Of a stretch of DNA of 64,000 nt, positions 1 through 8,761 are shown in pieces. The notes under the pieces were generated by a model, which saw nothing but the letters and a program-made list of their open reading frames with translations, did not search any database and was not told where the DNA came from. Position 1 is the stretch's first letter. The number at the start of each line of letters is the position of its first letter. The translations under genes and the position numbers were made by a program. Source of the DNA: Acinetobacter phage Phab24; the sequence record MZ477002.1; one strand, written 5' to 3'.

Positions 1-28
1 GGTGTTTATAAATTTAAGGAGAGTAATA

Positions 29-379
29 ATGAATAAATTGTCATATTATGTGATAAAGTTTTACGAGAAACTTTGGTGTTTGTTTGCTGTATCATACTGG
101 ATACAACTATACGATGACTACCCATACTCTGCTTCGTTTGATGCTTGGATGAGACAATCCTTGAAAGAAGGGCATAAACTAGAAGTTATTGATAAGTATC
201 ATGCAAAGTTTAATGGTAGGGTACTATGGATAGGAAATGTTCCTTACGCTTCGTTTCATTTGGATGAGGAAGGAAAAACGTCGGTATCACCTGCTAGATA
301 TACAAAATACCTAATAAATAAGCAACTTAAAAAGTTAAATAAGGAGAAGAAGAAAAAACTTGTAGAGGGGTGGAAATGA
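29..379 (+). CDS. hypothetical protein (117 aa)
   Basis: ORF 2..379. In-frame ATG at 29 follows AGGAGAG at 17-23. Stop overlaps the next start. Confidence 0.5.
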   Translation: MNKLSYYVIKFYEKLWCLFAVSYWIQLYDDYPYSASFDAWMRQSLKEGHKLEVIDKYHAKFNGRVLWIGNVPYASFHLDEEGKTSVSPARYTKYLINKQLKKLNKEKKKKLVEGWK

Positions 380-645
380 TTTGGTACGGTAGATGGGTGT
401 CAATGTATAAGAATGGTGATAGTGTTCAATTCATACCTAAAAGTGATGGAAAAATACATATCGGTAATTTAAAAATTTTCGGAGAGTATTGTACTAGGGA
501 ACAATATGTAATAACTGATAAGGAAGGTATTGAATATTCTCCTAAAGATATTTTAATTATATCACCTTTTTCTGATTTATACAGAGAAAGACAAAACGAT
601 TTGTATGACATTATACTCAATCATTATTATGATGATGGTGCTTGA
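370..645 (+). CDS. hypothetical protein (91 aa)
   Basis: ORF-track entry. Start overlaps the upstream stop (GAAATGA coupling). Confidence 0.5.
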   Translation: MEMIWYGRWVSMYKNGDSVQFIPKSDGKIHIGNLKIFGEYCTREQYVITDKEGIEYSPKDILIISPFSDLYRERQNDLYDIILNHYYDDGA

Positions 646-710
646 AATGACAATTATGTTGTTTGAAGAGATAAACAGAAAATGTAATTATATTAATTTT
701 AGGAGATAAC

Positions 711-911
711 ATGTTTGATTTAGAAACAACAGGTGCATTAGCAAAACTTTATCCAAAACTACATTCTTTACATGTACAGCTTGAAAAATTAAAAGTTGAA
801 AAATCAGTGTTTACAGATAAAGAAAAGTACGATATACTAATTTCTGAAAAGTCATTGGAAATTGACGATGTAATTTCTGCTATTATGTGTTACGACATAT
901 TCGAGGGGTGA
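711..911 (+). CDS. hypothetical protein (66 aa)
   Basis: AGGAGA RBS lies 5 nt upstream of the ATG. Confidence 0.55.
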   Translation: MFDLETTGALAKLYPKLHSLHVQLEKLKVEKSVFTDKEKYDILISEKSLEIDDVISAIMCYDIFEG

Positions 912-950
912 TATGAAAATATTCACACACCAAACAGGAGAGTATTAGAA

Positions 951-1139
951 ATGATTAACGTAGTTTATTTGGTTTTATATGTACCTGCGGGTGGTCATAC
1001 TGGTGATACTGGTAAAGCAATCACCACAATCCAAATACCGCAAGTCAATATGCAACAGTGTTTGAAAAATGCACAAACATACGGAAATAAAGGTAAAGTC
1101 AAGGATTCTTATTGCATCGTAGGAGTAATGTCGAAATGA
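951..1139 (+). CDS. hypothetical protein (62 aa)
   Basis: AGGAGAG RBS upstream. ATGA overlap with the next gene. Confidence 0.5.
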   Translation: MINVVYLVLYVPAGGHTGDTGKAITTIQIPQVNMQQCLKNAQTYGNKGKVKDSYCIVGVMSK

Positions 1140-1345
1140 TTAAATTTATAGAAGTTGATATAGCAAATTCAGAGTCAAAAACTCTTATTAATGTATCTCA
1201 AATTGTAAATATTGGTACGCATTATAAAAGTGGAAATGGATACATTTCATTTAATTCTAGTGGTCGTGGTGATGAAAATTACATTGAAACCAAACAGAGA
1301 TATGAAGAATTGAAGCAAGCAATCAAATATTGCATGGAGAATTAA
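1136..1345 (+). CDS. hypothetical protein (69 aa)
   Basis: ATG at 1136 overlaps the upstream TGA (ATGA). It is the C-terminal part of track ORF 1112..1345. Confidence 0.45.
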   Translation: MIKFIEVDIANSESKTLINVSQIVNIGTHYKSGNGYISFNSSGRGDENYIETKQRYEELKQAIKYCMEN

Positions 1346-1486
1346 ATGAGCAAGGCAAAATTAGAATGGATTAAGGCGCACATGCCAGATGGATGCTCTC
1401 ATTATGAAGAAAGTAGGGTATATGTTACTTTTATTTTTCAGAATGAGCCACATAAGAATCTAAAAGTTAAAAACCAGAATGGATGA
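1346..1486 (+). CDS. hypothetical small protein (46 aa)
   Basis: Not in the ORF track (<60 aa). GGAGAA RBS plus ATG at 1346. Reading starts right after the upstream stop. Confidence 0.35.
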   Translation: MSKAKLEWIKAHMPDGCSHYEESRVYVTFIFQNEPHKNLKVKNQNG

Positions 1487-1572
1487 TTTAATATGATTAA
1501 ATGTCAATTTTGTGGAAGAGATATTAAAAATCATGCAATTTACTGCCCTTTGATGTATCGGAGTATTTTTAA

Positions 1573-1902
1573 ATGAAACCAGAACAGTTTATTCGTAAGT
1601 ATGGACCAAACACTTTTAGGATATCAATGTCTTTCGTAAATACGGCTAAGTATTTGGTGGTTCATGATGATGAGATTGATTTTACAGATCAAATCAAGCC
1701 TCATCATGGCGATCGTGTATTTGAACGGTCCGTGGTCAAGCGTCTGGTGGAATCGGTTGATTTAGTCGAATCATGGGGTGGAATTGATGATGTAAAGCTT
1801 TATGACTTGTCTCATTGCAAAGACAAGCCTGAATCGGCTGGATACAAGTTGCTTCAAGCAATTGCTGATTACGAATCAATATATGGAGGCGGGGATGAGT
1901 AA
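1573..1902 (+). CDS. hypothetical protein (109 aa)
   Basis: ORF track. First gene of a higher-GC island. Confidence 0.55.
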   Translation: MKPEQFIRKYGPNTFRISMSFVNTAKYLVVHDDEIDFTDQIKPHHGDRVFERSVVKRLVESVDLVESWGGIDDVKLYDLSHCKDKPESAGYKLLQAIADYESIYGGGDE

Positions 1903-2140
1903 ATTCAAAAATGAAGTGAAAGCCACGCTAAAGGATTTTAAAAAGCTTTATACACATGATTGGTGGGAGATCAAAGAGTCATTTCAATTTTATAAACAAG
2001 CGTTCCGTGACTTTGTGTATGCAACGAAACTATTACTGATGGCGTTGCTCGGAGTTATTTATTTATTTACAGCACCATTTCTAATTCCTGCTGCAATCGT
2101 AATAAGAGTTTTACGAAAAGGAGGTAGCCATGAATCTTAA
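1895..2140 (+). CDS. hypothetical membrane protein (81 aa)
   Basis: In-frame ATG at 1895 after GGAGGCGGGG. The C-terminal hydrophobic helix (LLLMALLGVIYLFTAPFLIPAAIVI) is a TM segment. The start overlaps the upstream gene end. Confidence 0.5.
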   Translation: MSKFKNEVKATLKDFKKLYTHDWWEIKESFQFYKQAFRDFVYATKLLLMALLGVIYLFTAPFLIPAAIVIRVLRKGGSHES

Positions 2141-2726
2141 ACAATGGCAACGAAGTGAAAAAATAAAGGCTGAAGCAGAGGCAGCAGCTAAGCGCACAAT
2201 TGAGCGTGTATTAAATGCAGTGAAGGAGCCAGCCATGAGTGAGTTTAAAGTCGGAGATTGGGTCAAGATGAAGGATGATTCTTCTGCGTGGATGGGTAGG
2301 GTAGAAGCTATAGAGTACAAGCCGTGTTTCGATTCAAAGTGGAACAGATATGAGATTGAGATTCTTGTTTTTGAAGATGGCAAGAAATTGGGTTCTGAGT
2401 GGGCTATTCATGTTGTTAAAGCAGCAGGTCACCGCATTGACATGCCTTCTCTGCCTGAGCCAGTAGGAAGCTTACAAGAATTGCATCCCGAGTTTGCAAA
2501 AGTCTTGCACGAGAACTTTCTAGAGTTGCTAGGTGATGAATCCAACACTGTTCAGGTGGCAAAAGATGCAATTGAACATGGTAACGACTTAGCAATGGTG
2601 TCAATTGAAGGTGTTGAGCATGTATCTATAGCTCATGTAATCAACCCGTTTCCTTGTAAGGAATTAGGCGACGACTTCCCCATAGAAAACCACATAAGCC
2701 CGCTGTGTAAATCAAAGGATGTTTGA
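2130..2726 (+). CDS. hypothetical protein (198 aa)
   Basis: AAGGAGGTAGCC ATG RBS. The ORF is about 45 % GC, versus about 30 % for the window. Confidence 0.6.
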   Translation: MNLKQWQRSEKIKAEAEAAAKRTIERVLNAVKEPAMSEFKVGDWVKMKDDSSAWMGRVEAIEYKPCFDSKWNRYEIEILVFEDGKKLGSEWAIHVVKAAGHRIDMPSLPEPVGSLQELHPEFAKVLHENFLELLGDESNTVQVAKDAIEHGNDLAMVSIEGVEHVSIAHVINPFPCKELGDDFPIENHISPLCKSKDV

Positions 2727-3282
2727 GATGGATAAGAAAGCACTATTAGAACAGTTTGAAGCATTACCGCTTATGGTCGCAATTCTAAATGACAGATTCA
2801 TTTATGTGGATCAGACAAACGAATATGCACATCAGAATCTCGAAGATAATCGTGTGACATTAGGCTATGTAAATGGCGCTTGGTACGCGTTTCAGCACCA
2901 GCAAGCGAAAGTTTGTTCTTTGGAAGAACAGGTGGAGGAGCTGCAAAAGCAATTAAGTGAATACATATTTGTGGCTGAAACTATTGATGAAATGTATGTG
3001 AAAGAAGTCCAGAAAAGTGACGAGCTGCAAAAGCGGGTGGATGCAGCAAAGCAACTAATTGAAGATTTAAATAAGTGCTATCAACAAGATCATCAGAATA
3101 AATTTGAATATTGGCGTGGGTTTGCAGACAGCGCAGGAATTTTTGGAAAAAGATTAGAGCAAGCGCTCCACGGTGAATGCACACATGAGTCAGATGGCAG
3201 TTTTCTTCTTAGTAATCCACCAAGAACTAAATGCAAGAAGTGTGGTGAATTCTATTTTAAAGTACTCAAGGAGGAAGGATGA
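2719..3282 (+). CDS. hypothetical protein with NGAWYAxQ motif plus coiled coil
   Basis: ORF track. It shares the motif NGAWYA(F/W)Q followed by a coiled coil with the minus-strand ORF 26052..26504. C-terminal CxxC. Confidence 0.6.
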   Translation: MFEMDKKALLEQFEALPLMVAILNDRFIYVDQTNEYAHQNLEDNRVTLGYVNGAWYAFQHQQAKVCSLEEQVEELQKQLSEYIFVAETIDEMYVKEVQKSDELQKRVDAAKQLIEDLNKCYQQDHQNKFEYWRGFADSAGIFGKRLEQALHGECTHESDGSFLLSNPPRTKCKKCGEFYFKVLKEEG

Positions 3283-3638
3283 TAACATTTGTAATCAGTG
3301 TGCTAATCATCTATTCAGTGAGCATTACGGTTTTATTCTTCATGATGCGTGAAATGCTTCATAAATACATTCAAAGTAACGAAAATGAAGAACCTAAAAC
3401 TAAATATGATTGGTCAAAAATTCCAGATGATGTGGATTGGGTGGCGACAAATGAAAACGGATTTGCGTGGGGGTATGAAGGGAAACCTTTAAGTGGATGG
3501 TTGCATTCGGGGTTTTGGTATTGTGGAGGCAATAAAAGACTTGTATATTGGTGCAATGAAAATCCATATAAGGGAGATTGGCAAGATTCGTTGGAAAAGA
3601 GACCAGAAATAAAAGTATTTAACAGTAAGTCGATATGA
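3279..3638 (+). CDS. membrane-anchored hypothetical protein (119 aa)
   Basis: N-terminal TM helix. AAGGAGGAAGG RBS. ATGA overlap. Confidence 0.55.
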   Translation: MITFVISVLIIYSVSITVLFFMMREMLHKYIQSNENEEPKTKYDWSKIPDDVDWVATNENGFAWGYEGKPLSGWLHSGFWYCGGNKRLVYWCNENPYKGDWQDSLEKRPEIKVFNSKSI

Positions 3639-3747
3639 AGAGTATGAATTAATGAAAAGATGAACGGATTGGTCATTTGTTTGGCTTGTTATTGCTGGAA
3701 TTTGTGTTTTTATTCTTCTGGTGAAGAATTAATTAGAGGATGTCATA

Positions 3748-3993
3748 ATGAATAAATTAATTATCGTTATTTTAACTTTGATACTAACTGCATGTTCAAA
3801 GGAAACCAAGAACATATCAGAAAGATATCAACTACCAGAGGAATTGAGTGATTGTAAGGTGTACAGAATGAGAGATGAAGGAGGGAATGTTATAACTCTG
3901 GTTAGATGTCCTAATTCAAGCACAACTACGAGTTATACAAGATCAAGCGGTAAAAGTTCAAGTCGTTATAGTAACACGGTGGTTGAAAAATGA
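3748..3993 (+). CDS. putative lipoprotein (81 aa)
   Basis: Signal peptide with lipobox (ILTLILTAC | S). Confidence 0.55.
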   Translation: MNKLIIVILTLILTACSKETKNISERYQLPEELSDCKVYRMRDEGGNVITLVRCPNSSTTTSYTRSSGKSSSRYSNTVVEK

Positions 3994-4265
3994 TTAAGTC
4001 AGTAGAGTTGGCTAGAAAGAAAGGATTTCACCATAAATTTGATTTTGCAATGTCAAGAATATGGTTGACAAAGGACAGTCATGAGATGGTTGGAAATTAT
4101 GTGTTAATCCATTTCATGAATAATAAAAAGATATTTGGTGTTGATTATATAGCTTGCGAAAATCAATCCGAATTAAATAAAGCAAAATCAGATATGCTCA
4201 ATAAAGGATTTAAAATTGAGTGGTGTGTGTTTCAAGATGCTTTGGAGTTTATAAGTGAACATTGA
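3990..4265 (+). CDS. hypothetical protein (91 aa)
   Basis: ORF track. ATGA coupling. Confidence 0.5.
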   Translation: MIKSVELARKKGFHHKFDFAMSRIWLTKDSHEMVGNYVLIHFMNNKKIFGVDYIACENQSELNKAKSDMLNKGFKIEWCVFQDALEFISEH

Positions 4266-4453
4266 TGAAATCAGAAAGAACAAGCCATACGGTGCAACGC
4301 ATTATTGTAGTGAACCGTATATTGGGTATTTTTATTTTGATTTCCAGTGGTTTGAGTGGGATGAGCGTGAAGATTGTTGGTTATCATTGCATTTTGACCC
4401 TAGAAAATATAGAGACATTAAACCGATTTATTAGGAGTGAAGATGGACATTGA
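4262..4453 (+). CDS. hypothetical protein (63 aa)
   Basis: ORF track. ATGA coupling. Hydrophobic core. Confidence 0.4.
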   Translation: MMKSERTSHTVQRIIVVNRILGIFILISSGLSGMSVKIVGYHCILTLENIETLNRFIRSEDGH

Positions 4454-4544
4454 TGAGATTAAGAATTTTCGAGAGGATATTAAAGAGATTGGGGACTTCT
4501 GCACATTCACCAATGGTAACGATTACTGGTTGAGTGCTTATTAA
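4443..4544 (+). CDS. hypothetical small protein (33 aa)
   Basis: Not in the ORF track. AGGAGTGA RBS plus ATG at 4443. TAATG overlap with the HNH gene. Confidence 0.4.
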   Translation: MDIDEIKNFREDIKEIGDFCTFTNGNDYWLSAY

Positions 4545-5089
4545 TGGAAAGAGTATTTGTTAGACCAGTGGTCGGCTTTGAGAAAGAATATGTTGTATCA
4601 AATAGTGGTGATGTTTATTCGATTCCAAGAAAGGGGACATGGGTTTTAAAAAAACTAACACCTCAAATAAATCACAATGGATACAAGAGAGTAACACTGA
4701 CTAAAGGAGGTAAGAGAAACTACCTATTTATTCACAGAATAGTTGCAATAACATTTATTGATAACCCTTTAAATAAATCAACTGTTAATCATATTGATGG
4801 AGTAAAATTTAATAATAATTTGCTAAATCTAGAGTGGGCTACTCAATCAGAAAACACTCAACATGCGGTTGATAATAACCTTATTCGTAGAGCAAAGGGT
4901 GAGGATATGTCTAGAGTCTTGACAGAAAGCGACATTGTGGAAATATTGAGATTAAGGTCAAAAGGTATGACTCAAAAGGAAATAGGTGTGAAAATAGGTA
5001 GACCAACCTCAACAATACAATGCATACTTAATGGTAGGAGATGGTCTCACATAACAGGGATTAGATTTGGAATAGACAAGCCTCTTTAA
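4544..5089 (+). CDS. HNH homing endonuclease (NUMOD4 plus HNH_3) with C-terminal HTH
   Basis: YVVSNSGDVYS...GYKRV (NUMOD4-like), then HRIVAITFIDNP...VNHIDGVKFNNNLLNLEWATQSENTQH (HNH_3 signature). The C-terminal GMTQKEIGVKIGRPTSTIQ is a sigma-region-4-like HTH. Confidence 0.85.
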   Translation: MERVFVRPVVGFEKEYVVSNSGDVYSIPRKGTWVLKKLTPQINHNGYKRVTLTKGGKRNYLFIHRIVAITFIDNPLNKSTVNHIDGVKFNNNLLNLEWATQSENTQHAVDNNLIRRAKGEDMSRVLTESDIVEILRLRSKGMTQKEIGVKIGRPTSTIQCILNGRRWSHITGIRFGIDKPL

Positions 5090-5102
5090 TGGGGCTTTTT
5101 TA
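5078..5102 (+). terminator. rho-independent terminator
   Basis: AAGCC...GGCTT stem followed by T7. The stop codon of the HNH gene lies in the loop. Confidence 0.5.
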
Positions 5103-5168
5103 TAACCATTACTTGCTATAATCAATCAAATGTTTTATTCTTATACATAACACAAGGAGTATTAAATA

Positions 5169-5396
5169 ATGCTACATATAGTTTCAGATCATATAATGAT
5201 ACCATCCTCCTATTATCTTGTACATAACAGTGAGGAAATGTGTGTTATCTATCATGGGGGTATTTTCTATATCACACATTATACGTTTGGTGTTTATATG
5301 GAAATAGTTGGTATATTTGTATATGGGTGGCAAGTTATGCAAGCTTGGGATAAATTCTACAGCTCTGAAGATTTTGGGAAAAATTTTTGGAAGTAG
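5169..5396 (+). CDS. hypothetical protein (75 aa)
   Basis: Good AAGGAG RBS 9 nt upstream of the ATG. The composition is odd (Tyr/His/Ile-rich). Confidence 0.35.
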   Translation: MLHIVSDHIMIPSSYYLVHNSEEMCVIYHGGIFYITHYTFGVYMEIVGIFVYGWQVMQAWDKFYSSEDFGKNFWK

Positions 5397-5400
5397 GTTT

Positions 5401-5428
5401 TTAGAATTGGGGGTGGGGGTGTTATAGT
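5401..5428 (+). promoter_or_regulatory. sigma70-like extended -10 promoter (TTAGAA-16-TGtTATAGT)
   Basis: TGTTATAGT box identical to those at 10491 and 51767. It faces an ORF-free 550-bp stretch. Confidence 0.4.
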
Positions 5429-5950
5429 TGGAAAATATCTGTTGTGTTTAGGAGGGGTGAGAGATACTTATCAAGAAGAGGGATGATTTTACAATTTATG
5501 TGTTAGATCATCTATATACTTTAGTGCTTAACACCTTCCGACCGCCCTCAATAATTAAGCCTTTCATATTTTAAAATATCCTATAATATCGCTTCAAAGA
5601 TTAATGACTTTAATTTCACATTGCCCGTGTATCCCATGCACGGGTAGATAGGTAAGCACATAAGCTTTTAATCTTTGTTTATATCTTTTGTCAGAAACAT
5701 TCTTCTTTAGCTTTTTTATTCTTACATGTGGGGTGTTGGTTTAATTCTTTAACGATTTAAATTTAAATAACAGTGTTAAACTTTAATCTCTATTTATTAA
5801 CATTCTTTTATTTGCTCATATAGAGCTATTACAGCAATGTTTACCAATTAAGGTAGGATAGTACAGCTATATCCAATTAAAGCTTAATAAAGCTTGTATA
5901 CGGCGCTATAATGCCATGTTATTTGATCTATTCTCTATTACTTTTCTTTA

Positions 5951-5985
5951 GACAATAAAAAGCCCGCATATAGCGGGCATTATTT
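5951..5985. terminator. bidirectional rho-independent terminator
   Basis: GCCCGC-ATATA-GCGGGC hairpin flanked by A5 and T-rich runs. It sits just 3' of minus-strand gene 5996..6232. It is preceded by TTAGACAATAAAAAGC, like the element at 6736. Confidence 0.6.
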
Positions 5986-5995
5986 AGAGTAGGGA

Positions 5996-6232
5996 TTAGT
6001 TAGGGGTTAAGACTACAGAACCTCCTTTTTTGTCTACTCCATGACATTGGAACTCTACGTTGGATTTAGAGCTTATTTGATCTTGAATCTCTAGCATCAT
6101 CGCAATGCAATCATCTTGTTTCATGTTACGTTTCATTTCTATTTTATCAATGACTCGTGGATAATAATTTTTAGCTACTGGTGTTTGTGTAGGCGAATAG
6201 ATAACTAAAACTAAAGCATATAATATATTCAT
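5996..6232 (-). CDS. hypothetical secreted or membrane protein (78 aa)
   Basis: Hydrophobic N-terminus (MNILYALVLVIYSP). Confidence 0.5.
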   Translation of the reverse strand: MNILYALVLVIYSPTQTPVAKNYYPRVIDKIEMKRNMKQDDCIAMMLEIQDQISSKSNVEFQCHGVDKKGGSVVLTPN

Positions 6233-6234
6233 GT

Positions 6235-6453
6235 TTACACCCCTTGTGAGTAAAGTTGGTTTAATAATTCCTGATTATGATTGATCTTTCGACCTGATTT
6301 AATCACTTGTTTGGTGAAGAACAAGGACCAACCTTTGTATGTTGCATAACGTTCTACTGTTAAGAAGTCGTTGTAATACTCTACATAAGCTTCATTCAAT
6401 TCAATAGCTAACTGTTTTTGATTGATCATGTTCATACTCCTTATGAAAACCAT
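6235..6453 (-). CDS. hypothetical protein (72 aa)
   Basis: ORF track. Tightly packed. Confidence 0.5.
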   Translation of the reverse strand: MVFIRSMNMINQKQLAIELNEAYVEYYNDFLTVERYATYKGWSLFFTKQVIKSGRKINHNQELLNQLYSQGV

Positions 6454-6701
6454 ATTAAAATTAAATCATCGTAACGTATTAAGTCACGCTCTAATATTTC
6501 TTTCACACTGCGCAAATCATATCTGTTGACATGATGTAGAAAACTTTCTAAACGGTTTTGTACTTGAATCATTTCATCAATATCAGAACGTAATTCAAAT
6601 TTTCGACTAATTGTGCCATTATGACTTGTAAAGCGTAATTCTAATTTCATAGTATTGCCTTTGAGTTTTATCACTTCAATAAATTCATTATACAGAAACA
6701 A
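6441..6701 (-). CDS. hypothetical protein (86 aa; start may be internal M)
   Basis: ORF track. Confidence 0.45.
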   Translation of the reverse strand: MFLYNEFIEVIKLKGNTMKLELRFTSHNGTISRKFELRSDIDEMIQVQNRLESFLHHVNRYDLRSVKEILERDLIRYDDLILIWFS

Positions 6702-6735
6702 AAAAAAGGATGCAATCCTATTTTTAATTATTTTT

Positions 6736-6768
6736 AGACAATAAAAAGCGCCAATTAAGGCGCTGCAA
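6736..6768 (-). terminator. rho-independent terminator
   Basis: GGCGC-AATTAA-GCGCC hairpin followed on the minus strand by TTTTTATTGTCTAAA. Same flanking motif as the 5951 terminator. Confidence 0.55.
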
Positions 6769-6784
6769 GGTAAAGCTAGATAAG

Positions 6785-7015
6785 CTAACTTTTAACAATA
6801 TTGATTTTAGCTAACATACTGTAAGCAGGAACATCACACAATAGAAATTGCTTATGCCCCTGAGATAACATTTCAATGAATGATTCATCACATGGCTTAT
6901 AGCTTTTAATCACTTTCATGTTATTGACTTTATGAGCACATATTGATGTTTTGCCTGATATAGGGCATTTGTAACGGTTAATAATTAACATTGTGTTATA
7001 CCTCCTTTCAAGCAT
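6785..7015 (-). CDS. Cys-rich (zinc-finger-like) small protein (76 aa)
   Basis: CPISGKTSICAH...CDESF...LLCD arrangement. Confidence 0.5.
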   Translation of the reverse strand: MLERRYNTMLIINRYKCPISGKTSICAHKVNNMKVIKSYKPCDESFIEMLSQGHKQFLLCDVPAYSMLAKINIVKS

Positions 7016-7289
7016 AAATACGTTGTAACCAGATCATAACATCATTACTGTTTTCTTTAATATCTAAATGCAACATAAAGAAATCATTTAATAAATCTTC
7101 AAAAGGTGTATCATAATCATACAACGCTTCATAGAACTCAACATCTTGTCTAAATGTGTAAATGTCCCTGTCATCTAACTCATCATTAACGGCAATAATG
7201 TCATTAATATTACGTAATGCTATCATTTTCCAGCGTTCTGTTTGATTAACAGATAAATAGTCAATAATTTCTTGCTTAGATAATTTCAT
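7008..7289 (-). CDS. hypothetical protein (93 aa)
   Basis: ORF track. Confidence 0.5.
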   Translation of the reverse strand: MKLSKQEIIDYLSVNQTERWKMIALRNINDIIAVNDELDDRDIYTFRQDVEFYEALYDYDTPFEDLLNDFFMLHLDIKENSNDVMIWLQRIYA

Positions 7290-7304
7290 GATGTATTACT
7301 CCGA

Positions 7305-7472
7305 TTAAACTTTATTAAACTTGTCGTTCAATTCTTTAGCTTTTAGTTCAGCTTTGGCTTTCGTTGATTCCACATAATATGTTCTAAAAGCTTTAGACTT
7401 AACTCGCCACACTTTTTTATTGGCTTTATTACTAAATCCTCTTTCAACATACCATAATTTAATATAGCTCAT
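7305..7472 (-). CDS. basic small protein (55 aa)
   Basis: Not in the ORF track. AAGGA RBS plus ATG. MSYIKLWYVERGFSNKANKKVWRVKSKAFR... Confidence 0.4.
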   Translation of the reverse strand: MSYIKLWYVERGFSNKANKKVWRVKSKAFRTYYVESTKAKAELKAKELNDKFNKV

Positions 7473-7491
7473 TGTCTTAAATCCTATTTTA

Positions 7492-7695
7492 TCAATTTAA
7501 ATCTAAAGTTAAAAAATCAGAAGAAACTAATATTTCAGCACCACTTAACAGTTTTATCACAAAGTAGTTTGGTTCAAATGTTTTTCGCAAAATAATAGCC
7601 TTGTGATCTAAACGTTTAAAATCTTTTGGTACACCTTTATAAATAACTTTATTGCCAACTTTATACATTTTTAAATACCTAAAATAAAGATTCAT
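7492..7695 (-). CDS. hypothetical protein (67 aa)
   Basis: ORF track. Confidence 0.45.
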   Translation of the reverse strand: MNLYFRYLKMYKVGNKVIYKGVPKDFKRLDHKAIILRKTFEPNYFVIKLLSGAEILVSSDFLTLDLN

Positions 7696-7870
7696 TTAAT
7701 ATTGTGCATCATACTGTTATTAATACAATGCACGTTTGCTCAGTGTTGCTTAGTCAATAAAACGTATATTTTGTCCCAGTTTAAAAGCTTGTTCTAAAGC
7801 TTCACCAACACTTTTTACGTATATCACTTGATAGTTTTCTAATGTAACTTTTAACATGTTGTTTATCCTT

Positions 7871-8239
7871 TTAAAGAGCTTGTAAAAACTTATATGAGCC
7901 GTACTTATTCCAAGCACTAAAATCATGATTCACATAACACAAAGCTTTTAGAAAATCTAAGTCTTGAACGTTTAATTTGTCATTACCTAAATTCTGCTTA
8001 ACATATACATCAGCAGCTTTTTGCACTGCAACACTAAGTTTATTAAAACCGCAACCGCTTACACTAACTTGAACCATTTCTGAACCATGTAAGTGTAAAT
8101 ACAAGTATAATTTACCCATACCGTCTTTAGGGTACTTAACAGTCATAGTGCCTTTTTGATCGCCTTCATTGTCAATGATCACATATGCAGACACTTGATC
8201 GAAATGTTTAGAATGTTTGTCGTATACTGAAGTAGTCAT
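7871..8239 (-). CDS. hypothetical protein (122 aa)
   Basis: AAAGGAAAG RBS plus ATG at 8239. First gene after the non-coding region. Confidence 0.55.
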   Translation of the reverse strand: MTTSVYDKHSKHFDQVSAYVIIDNEGDQKGTMTVKYPKDGMGKLYLYLHLHGSEMVQVSVSGCGFNKLSVAVQKAADVYVKQNLGNDKLNVQDLDFLKALCYVNHDFSAWNKYGSYKFLQAL

Positions 8240-8283
8240 AATCTTTCCTTTAAGCTGTTAGCTTGTTTCGTTTCGATGAGTTC

Positions 8284-8311
8284 ATAATAACAAATTTTAG
8301 AATCATTGCAA
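8284..8311 (-). promoter_or_regulatory. sigma70-like promoter (TTGCAA-16-TATTAT) on the minus strand
   Basis: Sits about 40 nt upstream of the 8239 start codon. Confidence 0.4.
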
Positions 8312-8761
8312 GCACTTTTTTCAAATAATTTTAAAATAATACTAAAAATAATCATAAATACATGAAAATAAAGTGAATTTAATTAGTTATTTTATTAAAT
8401 CTTTTATTAGTAGCTTTGGAAAATCATTTATTTAGGTGAATTAAGCGCCGTCTTTTATCATTACTAGCAAGGAAACAAAGGATATTCACCAATGGAAAGG
8501 TTGAGATACACCCTTTCATCTTTCGTATAAATAGAAACGCGTGTGAATAACATAGAAATAATTGTAAATCAATAAAAATTACATTTCTTTACCTTTCATT
8601 CTACATAAAAATAATGTATTATATCGATAAAACCCGATATGATTTTTCACTCACCAGTATTTTCAAAATAAATTGCAAAATTCTCTAAAAATTTTTCACG
8701 CAGGCTCGTGCGAGAGGGTAATCGTTCTTTCTATAAAACAAATATAAATTCTTATATAAGA

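Noticed and set aside
8400-8760. Small peptide ORFs (MKGKEM, 26-aa MKGCISTFPLVNILCFLASNDKRRRL) on the minus strand of the 8240..8760 non-coding region
   Set aside because: No convincing RBS, and the peptides are very short. The region is better explained as a promoter or regulatory spacer.
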